Shown here in pieces: positions 39,282 to 50,000 of a DNA stretch of 64,000 nt; within the stretch, counting starts at the first letter, position 1; each line of letters opens with the position of its first letter. This DNA comes from Gemmatimonadales bacterium (GTDB lineage: Bacteria; Gemmatimonadota; Gemmatimonadetes; Gemmatimonadales; GWC2-71-9), in NCBI GenBank assembly GCA_037189525.1, contig JBBCJC010000002.1, positions 768,001 to 832,000 on the forward strand, read 5' to 3'. The notes under the pieces are model-generated. The model was given only the letters and a program-made list of their open reading frames with translations. It did not search any database and was not told the origin of the DNA. Made by a program: the position numbers and the translations under genes.

Positions 39282-39724
39282 CGAAGGCCGAATCGGGTGG
39301 AGGACGTGATCATAGGCACGAATCGACCTAAGAAGTGCAATTTCTATGCACCATAAGATATGGTGTTGCTTAGAGGCATCACCTTCGCGTCGTTTTGCGA
39401 GAAACCTCGCTTTCAGCGGTCGCCCTGATGGCCGGGGACCGGTCAATATGGTCGGGTCTGCCGGAGCGCCGGGTCTCACTTCCTGTTGTGTTGATGTAAG
39501 TTATTGTAATATATGTAGCTTACGGTTCAGGTCATGAGGGGATTCCTGGGAGAGAATCGGGGTCGGGCAGGAACCTGACATGCGGCGCTGAGACTACACT
39601 GGAGTGCTCAGTCGTTGCATGCGCGCGACGACGACGTTAATTGGGGCGTGGTGTTTCGCCTGCGATAGACCCGAACGCCGTTGTCGGTTCCGGGGAAACC
39701 GAGGGGATGGCTTTCCCCTCTCCC

Positions 39725-39741
39725 TCGGCACAGTCGTTGCC
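39725..39741 (+). promoter_or_regulatory. Putative sigma54 (-24/-12) promoter of the TEII-PKS operon
   Basis: tcGGCACagtcgTTGCc matches GGCAC-N5-TTGC with exact spacing. Confidence 0.6.
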
Positions 39742-39898
39742 TTATCTATGGGGTTGCGGGAGTTCTGGCCCTCGTCGGTTTACCGGACCACCTAGCGAAT
39801 GACTTGCGTTCGGGGCGTCGAAGGCTGGCCCGCGCCGGGGTCTCGTTCGCCTCCGTTGGTGGGAAATCCGGGCGAGGTTGCACAACCAAGGGCACTCA

Positions 39899-40699
39899 AT
39901 GTTGCGTCGCGAAGAAATCCAGGCATCGAACGGCTGGGTAGTCGCTGTCGGACGGAATCCGGCGGCGACGGTGCGCCTGGTGTGCTTCCCGCCTGCCGGG
40001 ACCGGGGCCGCATCCTACCGCGGCTGGTCTGAGTCGGCGCCTGGGTGGCTCGAAGTCTGTGCCGTTCAGTTGCCTGGCCGGGAAACCAGACTTCGCGATG
40101 TCCCGATGACTGACCTCGATCGGCTGATCCCGGAGCTCGGGAAAGCGCTGTTGCCGGTTCTGGACCGGCCGTTTGCCTTTTACGGGCACAGCCTGGGCTC
40201 GATCATCGCGTTCGAGACGGCGCGATGGCTCCGGCACCAGGGTGCTCCGCTGCCCGCAGCCATGTTCGTCGGCGCCAGCCGTCCTCCCCAGTTTCCGTGG
40301 CCCGATCCGCCGGTTCGGGATCTGCCGGACCTCGAGCTGCTCGAGGAGGTCAATCGCCGCTACGACTCGGTGCCCGATGTCGTGATGGCGGAACCGGAAC
40401 TCCGCACGCTGCTCACGCCCGCGCTTCGGGCCGACATGGCGTTGATCGAGACCTACCGGTATCGATCCGAAATGCCCTTCGATTTTCCGATTCAGGCCTT
40501 CTGGGGCGCCGCGGACCGGAAGGTGGCGCAGGCGGATATGGCACAGTGGCAGGAGCAGACGCTTGGTGCGTTCGAGCTCCAGCGCTTTGCGGATGGGCAT
40601 CTTTTCCTGTTGCCTCGCCGGCAGGACATCGTTGCGGCAGTCGCATCGCTGCTGACCCGATCGATGGCGGTCGGGTCTGAACGTCCCGGACGCCCCTGA
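39899..40699 (+). CDS. Type II thioesterase
   Basis: LVCFPPAGTGA, QLPGRE, GHSLG, LRAD, DGHLF. Confidence 0.93.
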   Translation: MLRREEIQASNGWVVAVGRNPAATVRLVCFPPAGTGAASYRGWSESAPGWLEVCAVQLPGRETRLRDVPMTDLDRLIPELGKALLPVLDRPFAFYGHSLGSIIAFETARWLRHQGAPLPAAMFVGASRPPQFPWPDPPVRDLPDLELLEEVNRRYDSVPDVVMAEPELRTLLTPALRADMALIETYRYRSEMPFDFPIQAFWGAADRKVAQADMAQWQEQTLGAFELQRFADGHLFLLPRRQDIVAAVASLLTRSMAVGSERPGRP

Positions 40700-43600
40700 T
40701 GACGGACGGCGTGTCGCCACCTCGAATCGAACCTCGCGCTCGCGCGCCGATTGCGGTGGTGGGTATCGGCTGCCGGTATCCCGGTGGGATCGTCGACGCG
40801 GCGTCGTTTTGGCGCGTCGTCGCCGGCGGTGTCGACACGATTACCGACATCCCGGCCGATCGCTTCGATCTGGCGCGCTGGTACGATGCCAGACCCGGGA
40901 TGCCGGGGCGGATCGGCAGTCGCAAGGGCGGATTCGTTGGGCCGGTCGATCGCTTCGATGCCTATCTGTTCGGAATTTCGCCGCGGGAGGCGGAGCGGCT
41001 GGATCCGCAGCAACGGTTGCTGCTCGAAGTGGCCTGGGAGGCCTTTCTCGACGCCGGGATGGATCCGTCGGGTCAGGAGGGCAGCCGCTGCGGCGTCTAT
41101 GTCGGCCAGTGGGTCGGCGAGTACGAAAGCCGCCTCTTTGCCGACCCGACCACGATCGACTTCCACTCGACCCAAGGCACCGGGCGGTACGCCAGCTCCG
41201 GACGATTGTCGTACACGTTTGGATTGTGCGGACCGAGCGTGACGCTCGATACGGCCTGCTCGTCGTCGCTGGTTGCTACGCACCTGGCGATCAACAGCCT
41301 GCGGTCGGGCGAAACGAATGCGGCCCTGGTCGGCGGCGTCAATCTGATCCTGCAGCCGCACACCACGATTGCCTACTCGCGCGGCCGGATGATGGCCTCC
41401 GATGGCCATTCGAAGTTCGGCGATGCCTCGGCCAACGGCTATGTCCGGGCGGAGGGGGCGGCGGTGCTGCTGCTCAAGCGGCTCGATGACGCCGAGCGCG
41501 ACGGCGACCGAGTCTATGCCGTGCTGCACGGCAGCGCGATCAACAACGATGGGCGCAGTTCCGGATTGTTCGGGCGACCGAGCCGGAGCGGCCAGGTCTC
41601 GCTCCTGGTCGATGCGTATCGGGACGCGGGAGTTCCAGCGCAGCAACTGAGTTTCGTCGAAGCGCACGGAACCGGTACCCGGGCCGGCGATCCGGTCGAG
41701 CTCGATGCGCTGGCCGAGGTGGTGGGGCGGGAGCGATCGGCGCCGCTCTGGGTCGGGTCGATCAAAACCAACATCGGGCACACGGAAGCGGCGGCCGGTC
41801 TGGCTGGTCTGATCAAAGCATCGCTCAGCCTCTATCACGGGGTGGTGCCGCCGAGTCTGCATTTCCGCGAACCGACATCGTCGTTCGACTGGAGCGCCTC
41901 GTCGTTGCAGGTGCCGACGGCGGCGGTGACGCTGGAGGGCGATCGCGACCGGTGGCTCGGTGGGGTGACCTCGTTCGGGATCTCCGGCACCAATGCCCAT
42001 GTCGTCGTCGGAACCGGTCCTCAGCGCGCTCCGGTTCCGGTGCGCTCGGCTGGGCTATTGCTTCCTCTTGCCGCGCATATCCCCGCGGCCCTGGGTCAGT
42101 ACGCAAAGGCTCTGGCCGATCGGTTCGAGCACGCTACCGCAGCGGAAGTCGCGCGGACGGCCGCTGTGCTCGCTCGGCGGTCGAGTCTGCCCCATCGCGC
42201 CGCGATTGTGGGTGGCGACGTAGCCGCCGTAGTCGCCGGGTTACGCGCGCTGGCGGACGGTGAACCGGCGGCGGGCCTGGTTACCGGGGAAGCACCGATC
42301 GAGGGGCGGCATCGGACGGCGCTGGTCTTTCCGGGCCAGGGTGGGCAGTGGCTCGGCATGGGGCGGCGACTGCTCGAGACCGAGCCGGTGTTTGCGCAGA
42401 CCGTGGCGGCAATCGATGAGGTGCTTGCTCCGCTGGTCGACTGGTCTGTGACCGAGCAGCTGCAGCTCGATCCGGCCGATCCCACGTGGCAGCTCGATCG
42501 CATCGACGTGATCCAGCCCGTGCTGGTGGCGCTGGAGATGGCGTATGCGGCGCTGCTGCGCGACTACGGGATCCGGGCGGACGGCGTGGTCGGGCATAGC
42601 ATGGGCGAGGTCGGCGCCGCCTGGTATGTGGGTGCACTTTCGCTGGCTGATGCGATGACGGTCATCGTACATCGGAGCCGGCTGCTGCGCACTGTGGCCG
42701 GCGCCGGAGCGATGGCGGTGGTCGAACTTGGTGATGCCGATGCTCGCGCGGCTATCGGAGCGCGGACCGACCGAGTCGGTGTGGCAGTTCGGAATGCGAG
42801 CAACAGTTCGGTCTTGAGCGGTGATCCCGATGCGGTGGGCGAAATCATCGCTGAACTGGAAGCACGCGGCGTTTTCACCAGGTATGTGAAGGTCGATGTC
42901 GCTTCGCACAGCCCGCAGATGGATGCGCTGACGGGTCCTCTGGTCGACGCATTGGGCGCCATCGTGCCTGGAGCGACGGCGATCGCGATGTATTCGACCG
43001 TACTGGCTGAGCCGCTGGCTGGCAGCGGAACGACGGCCGCGTACTGGGGACAGAATCTTCGCGAACCGGTCCGCTTTGCGGAGACGATCGACCGGATGCT
43101 GGCCGACGGCTACGACACTTTCATCGAGGTTGGTCCGCATCCGGTGCTCACGTCGGCGGTGACGCGCGTAGCTGAGGATCGCGGCGCCGAGGTGCGGGTG
43201 TTGTCCACCGGCCGCCGGGATGAGGATGCTCAACTCGAGTTCCTCAATCTCCTGGGTGAGTGCCATGTCGCCGGCCTTCCGGTCGACTGGCATCGGGTCT
43301 ATCCCGGGCCGATCGACCACGATCTCGAGTTGCCGCCGTTTCCGATGGTGCGGGAGCGTTACTGGTTCGATCCGGGGCTCGAGGCCGTTACCGAGGGCGG
43401 GGCAACCGGTCATCCGCTCTTGGTTGCGCCGTTCGCCGCGGCAGTCGGTGTACGCGGCTGGGAAGCCTCGGCGCAGCGGATCGGAACGACGTGGCTCGCG
43501 GATCATGTGGTGCGGCAGTCGGTTCTCTGGCCCGCTGCGGCGAGTGCGGAAGGGTTGCTGGCCGCCGTGTCGGATGCGGCAGGCGGCAACTGGTTTCTGC

Positions 43601-46600
43601 GCAATGTCCGGCTCCATGAGGCGCTGCCGGTCGAGCCGGCGCGGCCGGTCCGCCTGCAGTGGTCCGAACGGGGCGATGCCAAGGGGCGGCATGTCTCATT
43701 GCACGCGCGTGAAGGTGGTGACGAGTCCGGGTGGCGCCTGATTGCGGATGCGACAGCCATTCCGCGTGTATCGGACCGGCAGGCCGTAGCGATCGATGCG
43801 CCACACGCTGCTGATTTGGTCGAGTCCGGCGAGGATTTCTACCGCCGGTTGCGACTGCGCGGGTTGGAGTATGGGCCGGCTTTTCAGACGATTACGGAAG
43901 TCCGATCGGGTAAGGACAACGCGGAAAGTCGGTTGGCGTTGCCGCAGCCGGTCCTTACCGATCCGGGTCTCGAGCGCTATCGGGTGCATCCGGTCCTCAT
44001 CGATGCTGCGCTGCAGACGATCATCGCGGCTGCGGTTGGTCCGGATAACTCGAGGGTGACTACGCCGTTGCCGGTCCGCATCGGAACCTTCGAGGTCGGC
44101 TCGGCCTCGTGGCAGAGTGGGCCGCTCGCTGTGCGGGCGAGCGTTACCGATCGGTCGCCGGGCGGATTTACGGGCAATGCCGTTGTTTCGGATTCCGAGG
44201 GTCGGCTGATCGCGACCCTCGAATCGGCCGGGTTTGCCTGGACCGGAGTCGAGACAGGGACGATCGACGAGACGTTCTTCTCGCTCGATTGGGAGCCGGT
44301 GGAGTTGGTCAATGCCGAGGTGGAAGGGCGCCGGTTCGTCGTGATTGGCGATCGGGAAGCGAGCCTGGCCGGATCACTCCGGGCTCGGGGCGGCCAGGTC
44401 GACGCGGTGTCCTCGTTGGATGCGTTGACGGCCTTGGGGGACCTGCCCGGAGCGTGCGATGTCATCTGGTGCGTCGATGGCGAAGGATCGAGCCAGGATC
44501 AGGTAATGCGCGGCGAGCAGCTCGTCACGCAGGCGGTTCGCCTGGGGCAGTGGTGTACGGAACGAGACAGCCAGGTCGCGCGGGTTGTCGTGGTGACACG
44601 TGGCGCGGTTGGGTTTGGGGGTGACGGGGCCTGCGACGTCGCGGTTGCGGCCACACGCGCCGTCGGCCGGGTGCTCGGTCATGAGGTGCCGGGGCTGCTG
44701 GTTCAGGCGGTCGACTTGCCGGTCGATGGAAGCTGGGGAGAGGCGCTTCCGGCCTCGATCGCCGCGTCGGCCGATGCGGAGCTGGCGTATCGTGACGGCC
44801 GATGGTACGCCGCACGTTTGGGTTCGTTTGCGGTACCTGAGGCGCGAGTTGGCGTAGATGAGTCGTATCAGTTGACGCTCTTGTCTCCCGGATCGCCCGA
44901 TCAGCTCGAGTGGGTTGCTCGCGGGCGGCGCGCCCCGGGGGCTGGGATGGTCGAAGTCGAGGTCGAGGCGGTCGGCCTCAACTTCATGAATGCCCTGAGC
45001 GTGCTCGGCGCTTATCCCGGCGCGCCGAACGGGGTTGGTTCACTCGGCCTCGAAGGCGCCGGCCGAGTCTCTCGGGTTGGCGAAGGTATTAGCCATGTGG
45101 CCCCTGGCGATCGGGTGCTCTTCGTGGCGCCGGACGCCATGGCCCGCCATGTCGTGACCTCGGGTGAGTTGGTCGTACCGGCGCCGACCACCGATCCCGC
45201 CGAGGTTCTCGCGGCGCTGCCGATTGCGTACCTGACGGTCCACTACGGTTTGGGTGTTCTGGCGCGGCTCTGCCGGGGCGACCGCGTCCTGATTCACAGT
45301 GCCGCGGGCGGTGTCGGGCTCGCGGCCATTGCCTATGCCCGGATGTGCGGTGCAGAGGTCTATGCGACGGCGGGCACGGCCGAGAAGCGGGAATGGCTCA
45401 AGTCGCTCGGTGTGCATCATGTATTCGACTCGCGCTCGCTGGCCTGGGCCGATGCCGTGCTCGAGGCGACGGGTGGCGAGGGCGTCGATGTCGTGCTCAA
45501 CTCCCTGGCGGGTCAGGCGCAGGAGCGTGGCCTCGACGTGCTGCGGACGGATGGCCGTTTCGTCGAGATCGGCAAGCGTGACATCTATGATGATCGCGCG
45601 CTTTCGCTGGGGGCATTTCGGAACGGTCTTGCCTTCTTTGCCGTCGACCTGGACCGAATGATTCGGGAGCGTCCCGATCGGGTCGGAGCGATGCTGCGGG
45701 ACGTCAGCGTGATGATCGGGGCGGGGCAGCTCGAGCTTCTGCCGGTCGAAACGTTCCCGGCGGATCAGGTCGGCGATGCTTTCCGGCGGATGTTGCCAGG
45801 TACGCATCGCGGGAAGCTCGTGGTCTCGCTCGCGGTGGCGCCGTCGCGACTCGCGCTCGGCCCGGCCGTTGCGCCCATTCGGGATCATGGCACGTATCTC
45901 GTCACCGGCGGACTGGGCGCTTTGGGTCTGGTCGTGGCGTCGTGGCTGGTCGAGCGCGGTGCGGGCGCGATCGTCCTGGTCGGGCGTCGAGCGCCGGATC
46001 AGGCGACGAAAGCCAAACTCGACGAACTGGCCCGGCGGGGTACCAGGATCGAAACACGTGCATTCGATATCGGCGATCGCGATGCCGTGACGAGCCTGTT
46101 CGCTTCCCTGAGCGGGCTTCCGGCGCTTCGTGGCGTCTTCCACCTTGCCGGTACGCTCGACGATGCGCCGATCTCGGCGCTCACGCCCGAGCGGATTGCG
46201 GTGCCGTATCGGCCCAAGGCGGCGGGCGGGCTACATGTTCTCGATGCGGCGCGGGCGCATCCGCTCGATTTTGCGGTCGCGTTCTCGTCGGTGGCGTCGC
46301 GGTTCGGGACACCCGGGCAGGCCAATTACGCGGCGGCCAACGCCGTACTGGATGCGCGCGCGGCTAATACAGAAGCACGGTTGCTCAGCATCAACTTCGG
46401 GCCGTTCGCATCGATCGGTCTAGCCGCGGCAGACCCTGCGCGTTTGAGTGCGCTGGCGCGGCAGGGGTTCGGCGCGCTCGACGGCGAAGAGGCTCTGCTC
46501 GCGCTCGATCGGTTGCTCGGCGCGGGTGTTCGCGGGGCGGTGACGGTTGCGCGGTTCGATGCTGAGCGCTGGGTGTCGGGTAAGGACGACGCGGATCGGC

Positions 46601-47055
46601 GATGGGTGGCCCGATTGCTGGATGGCCGGACTGATGAACCTGCGCAGCCAGTGATGGTGTCGTGGCGGGGGCAGGTCGAGGCTATTCCGCCCGGGCGCCC
46701 GCGCCGCCGTGAGCTCGAACGGCTGGTGACTGCGGAGGCCGCTGCGGCGCTCCGCCTGCCGCCCGCGCAGATCGGAGTCGACCGCCCGCTGCGGACGCTG
46801 GGGATGGATTCGTTGCTGACACTCGAGTTTCGCAAGCGGCTCGAGCGCGCGACCGATCTCCGGGTCGGCGCCCCCGTCTTTTTCAGTCATCCCACGGTGG
46901 CGGCGTTGACCTCGTATCTGGCGGAGCGGTGGGAACTGCCGCTCGATGCCGCGGCGGTTGCGGACGATAGCGAGCTCGAGACGCTGCTCGACGATCTGTC
47001 GGCGCTGAGTGAGGAAGAACTCGATGCGTTGCTGGGCGACGGAGGTGGCGCGTGA
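40699..47055 (+). CDS. Type I PKS, KS-AT-DH-ER-KR-ACP
   Basis: KS DTACSSS/HGTGT/GHTE; AT RIDVIQP, GHSMG, VASH; DH HVVRQSVLWP, DAALQ; ER IHSAAGGVG; KR GGLGALG, LDD, YAAAN; ACP GMDSL. Confidence 0.95.
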   Translation: MTDGVSPPRIEPRARAPIAVVGIGCRYPGGIVDAASFWRVVAGGVDTITDIPADRFDLARWYDARPGMPGRIGSRKGGFVGPVDRFDAYLFGISPREAERLDPQQRLLLEVAWEAFLDAGMDPSGQEGSRCGVYVGQWVGEYESRLFADPTTIDFHSTQGTGRYASSGRLSYTFGLCGPSVTLDTACSSSLVATHLAINSLRSGETNAALVGGVNLILQPHTTIAYSRGRMMASDGHSKFGDASANGYVRAEGAAVLLLKRLDDAERDGDRVYAVLHGSAINNDGRSSGLFGRPSRSGQVSLLVDAYRDAGVPAQQLSFVEAHGTGTRAGDPVELDALAEVVGRERSAPLWVGSIKTNIGHTEAAAGLAGLIKASLSLYHGVVPPSLHFREPTSSFDWSASSLQVPTAAVTLEGDRDRWLGGVTSFGISGTNAHVVVGTGPQRAPVPVRSAGLLLPLAAHIPAALGQYAKALADRFEHATAAEVARTAAVLARRSSLPHRAAIVGGDVAAVVAGLRALADGEPAAGLVTGEAPIEGRHRTALVFPGQGGQWLGMGRRLLETEPVFAQTVAAIDEVLAPLVDWSVTEQLQLDPADPTWQLDRIDVIQPVLVALEMAYAALLRDYGIRADGVVGHSMGEVGAAWYVGALSLADAMTVIVHRSRLLRTVAGAGAMAVVELGDADARAAIGARTDRVGVAVRNASNSSVLSGDPDAVGEIIAELEARGVFTRYVKVDVASHSPQMDALTGPLVDALGAIVPGATAIAMYSTVLAEPLAGSGTTAAYWGQNLREPVRFAETIDRMLADGYDTFIEVGPHPVLTSAVTRVAEDRGAEVRVLSTGRRDEDAQLEFLNLLGECHVAGLPVDWHRVYPGPIDHDLELPPFPMVRERYWFDPGLEAVTEGGATGHPLLVAPFAAAVGVRGWEASAQRIGTTWLADHVVRQSVLWPAAASAEGLLAAVSDAAGGNWFLRNVRLHEALPVEPARPVRLQWSERGDAKGRHVSLHAREGGDESGWRLIADATAIPRVSDRQAVAIDAPHAADLVESGEDFYRRLRLRGLEYGPAFQTITEVRSGKDNAESRLALPQPVLTDPGLERYRVHPVLIDAALQTIIAAAVGPDNSRVTTPLPVRIGTFEVGSASWQSGPLAVRASVTDRSPGGFTGNAVVSDSEGRLIATLESAGFAWTGVETGTIDETFFSLDWEPVELVNAEVEGRRFVVIGDREASLAGSLRARGGQVDAVSSLDALTALGDLPGACDVIWCVDGEGSSQDQVMRGEQLVTQAVRLGQWCTERDSQVARVVVVTRGAVGFGGDGACDVAVAATRAVGRVLGHEVPGLLVQAVDLPVDGSWGEALPASIAASADAELAYRDGRWYAARLGSFAVPEARVGVDESYQLTLLSPGSPDQLEWVARGRRAPGAGMVEVEVEAVGLNFMNALSVLGAYPGAPNGVGSLGLEGAGRVSRVGEGISHVAPGDRVLFVAPDAMARHVVTSGELVVPAPTTDPAEVLAALPIAYLTVHYGLGVLARLCRGDRVLIHSAAGGVGLAAIAYARMCGAEVYATAGTAEKREWLKSLGVHHVFDSRSLAWADAVLEATGGEGVDVVLNSLAGQAQERGLDVLRTDGRFVEIGKRDIYDDRALSLGAFRNGLAFFAVDLDRMIRERPDRVGAMLRDVSVMIGAGQLELLPVETFPADQVGDAFRRMLPGTHRGKLVVSLAVAPSRLALGPAVAPIRDHGTYLVTGGLGALGLVVASWLVERGAGAIVLVGRRAPDQATKAKLDELARRGTRIETRAFDIGDRDAVTSLFASLSGLPALRGVFHLAGTLDDAPISALTPERIAVPYRPKAAGGLHVLDAARAHPLDFAVAFSSVASRFGTPGQANYAAANAVLDARAANTEARLLSINFGPFASIGLAAADPARLSALARQGFGALDGEEALLALDRLLGAGVRGAVTVARFDAERWVSGKDDADRRWVARLLDGRTDEPAQPVMVSWRGQVEAIPPGRPRRRELERLVTAEAAAALRLPPAQIGVDRPLRTLGMDSLLTLEFRKRLERATDLRVGAPVFFSHPTVAALTSYLAERWELPLDAAAVADDSELETLLDDLSALSEEELDALLGDGGGA

Positions 47056-50000
47056 GCGACCTTCGGCAGCGCGTGGCATCGCTCACCCCGGAGCAGCGAG
47101 CGGCGCTGAGCAAACGTCTGGGGGAACGCACGGCCCCGGTTCGCGAGCCGATTGCGATCGTCGGTATGAGCTGCCGCCTGCCGGGTGCGGACGGGCTCGA
47201 TGCGTATTGGGACCTGCTGGTTGAGGGACGCGATGCCGTCGGCCCACCACCTCCAGGCCGGCGCGATCATCTGCGGACCGAGGCCGGGTATCTCAGCGCG
47301 GTCGATGGCTTCGACGCCGAGTTTTTCGGGGTGCCGGCGCGAGAGGCCAGGTCGATGGATCCGCAGCAGCGGCTCCTCCTCGAAGTGGCCTGGGAAGCGC
47401 TGGAGCATGCCGGAATACCCGCGGATCGGGTCCGGGGCAGCAGTGCGGGCGTGTTCGTCGGGATCCACAGTCACAGCAGCGACTACCACCTGCTCCAGCT
47501 TGCGACGCCGGGCGAGGTGGATCCGTACGGCAGCACGGGGGCAGCGCACAGCATCGTTGCGAATCGGCTGTCCTATTGGCTGGATCTGCGCGGGCCGTCG
47601 ATGGCGATCGATACCGCCTGTTCCTCATCGCTGGTCGCGGTGCATCAGGCCTGCCTGAGCTTGCGCGCCGGCGAAACCGATCTGGCGCTCGCGGGCGGTG
47701 TCAATCTGATCCTGCTCGAAGCGGCCACGACGGCATTCGACCGGCTGGGAATCCTCTCGCCTGGTGCGCGGTGCCGTGTCTTCGATGCGGCCGCCGACGG
47801 GATTGCGCGAGGCGAAGGGGTTGGCGTCGTCGTCCTCAAGCGGCTCTCGGATGCCGAGCGCGACGGCGACCGGATTCTGGCGGTGGTTCGGGGCAGCGGT
47901 GTCAATCAGGACGGCGCCAGCAACGGGCTCACCGCGCCTAACGGCGCGGCGCAGGTTGCGCTGCTCAAGAAAGTCTGGTCGGACAGCGGCATTTCCGGTG
48001 CGCAGCTTTCCTTGGTCGAGACCCATGGGACAGGGACGCCGCTGGGCGATCCGATCGAAGTGGCAGCCCTGTCGGATGCGATTGGCGCCGCCGGGGCTCA
48101 GGCTTCCATTTGGCTTGGCGCGGTCAAGTCGCAGATCGGCCATCTCGAGGCGGCAGCGGGAATTGCGGCACTGATCAAGGCGGTGCTCTGTCTCACCCGG
48201 CGGTTGGTTCCCGCGGTCTGTCACTTCCAGACCCTGAATCCGCAGATCGAGCTGGTGGGTTCCGGGCTTGCGGTTCCGACCCGAGTCGAGGCATTGCCTG
48301 CGCACGGCCGGCTCCTCGCGGGCGTCAGCTCGTTCGGGTTTGGAGGAACCAACGCGCACCTCTGCGTCGAATCGGGTCCGGAGCGAGCGATAGAGTCGGT
48401 TGAGCCCGCGCCTGTATTGGTGCTGCCGCTCTCGGCGCGCAGTGGATCGGCGGTGCGCGAGCTCGGTATGCAGCTGACCGGTCGGCTCCGATCGTCGAGC
48501 GACGCCGACCTTCGGAACATCGTCGCGACTGCCGCGCTCCGACGCACTCATCATGACCATCGTCTGGCGGCCGTCGGCGTTGATCGCGATTCGCTCGTTG
48601 CGGATCTGGAACGGCGGATGACCGATCCGGTCTGGCCGGCATCGCGTGACGGGATCGTCTTCGCTTTCGGGGGACAGGGCACCCAGTGGTCGGGGATGGG
48701 ACGTGAGCTGCGGGAGTCGGAGCGCGTTTTCCGGGCCACCTTCGATGCGATTGCGGATCGTTACCGCTCGCTTTCGGGTGTCGATCTCGTCGAACTGATC
48801 GACGGCCGCGATGCGGGACGCCTCGCGGAAACCGGATATGCGCAGCCGGCGATTTTCGCAGTGCAGGCGGGCCTGGTGGCGCTGCTCCGATCCTGGGGAA
48901 TCGTTCCTGATCGGGTTGTCGGGCACAGCGTTGGGGAGATCGCCGCGGCCCATGCGGCGGGTATTCTGTCGCTCGAGGCGGCGGTCGACGTCGTCTATCA
49001 CCGGGGCCGGCTGATGCAGTCGGTGCCGCGTGGCGGTGCGATGATTCAGGTTGGATTGGCAGAGGCGGAGCTTCGTGCTGTGCTCGACGGATTCGGCCCT
49101 GAGGTGGCTGTGGCCGCGCTCAACGCGCCGGCCGTCTCGGTTGCTGCGGGGCCGCGCGAGGTGGTCGATGCGCTCGCTTCCCGTCTCCAGGCAGACGGCG
49201 TCAGCGTTCAGCGAGTTCCGGTCGAGTATGCCTTCCACAGTCCCGCGGTTGCGCCGGTGACGGAGCCGTTAGTTCAGGCGCTACGGGGGGTCGTGCCCGG
49301 GGCGGGATCGATTCCGATCGTATCGACGGTCACGGGGTTGCCGGCGCGGGCCGGCGATTTCACCCCGGAGTACTGGGCTCGCAACGTCCGTGAGACAGTA
49401 CGGTTTGCGCCGGCGATCCGGCGCTCGCTGGAGGATGGGGCGGGCATCGTCCTCGAGATCTCGCCGCATCCCGCGTTGCTTGCCGGTGTCGCGGCGGTGG
49501 CCGATCAATTGGGTCGGCCGGTCGCCACGGTTGCCGTGATGCGCCGAGACCGGCCTGTTGCCCTGGCGCTGCGCCAAGCGGTAGCTGCGCTTTATGCGGC
49601 TGGGGTTGATCCAGATTGGTCCGCGCTGGTCGCGGCAGGTGCGCCGGTGGACCTGCCCCGCTATCCCTGGCAGCGCACCCGGCACTGGCTGGGCGCGCCG
49701 GATGTCCGCGCTCTCGGTAACAACGTACTCGGCACTGGTTCGACTGTGCCGGGAGTGACCTATCGAGTGGAGTGGCAGGCGTCGGCTGCGCAGGTAGGGC
49801 TGCCGTCGTCCGGCGAGCCAGTTGCGGTTCCGTCGATTTCGATGCCGCCGACTGAGGATGAAGGCGCGTTGCTGGCGTCCCTCGAGCGACGATCGGGAGT
49901 GTTGATTGCAGAGGCCTTTGCGCGCCTTGGGGTGCTGGACCTTGCCGATCCGATTTCGTGGGATACGGCGATGGGTCTCGGTGTATTGCCGCGCTATCGC

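Noticed and set aside
30221..39356. Long antisense ORFs (685 aa over tkt, 899 aa over the NRPS)
   Set aside because: Typical high-GC codon shadows with no domain motifs.
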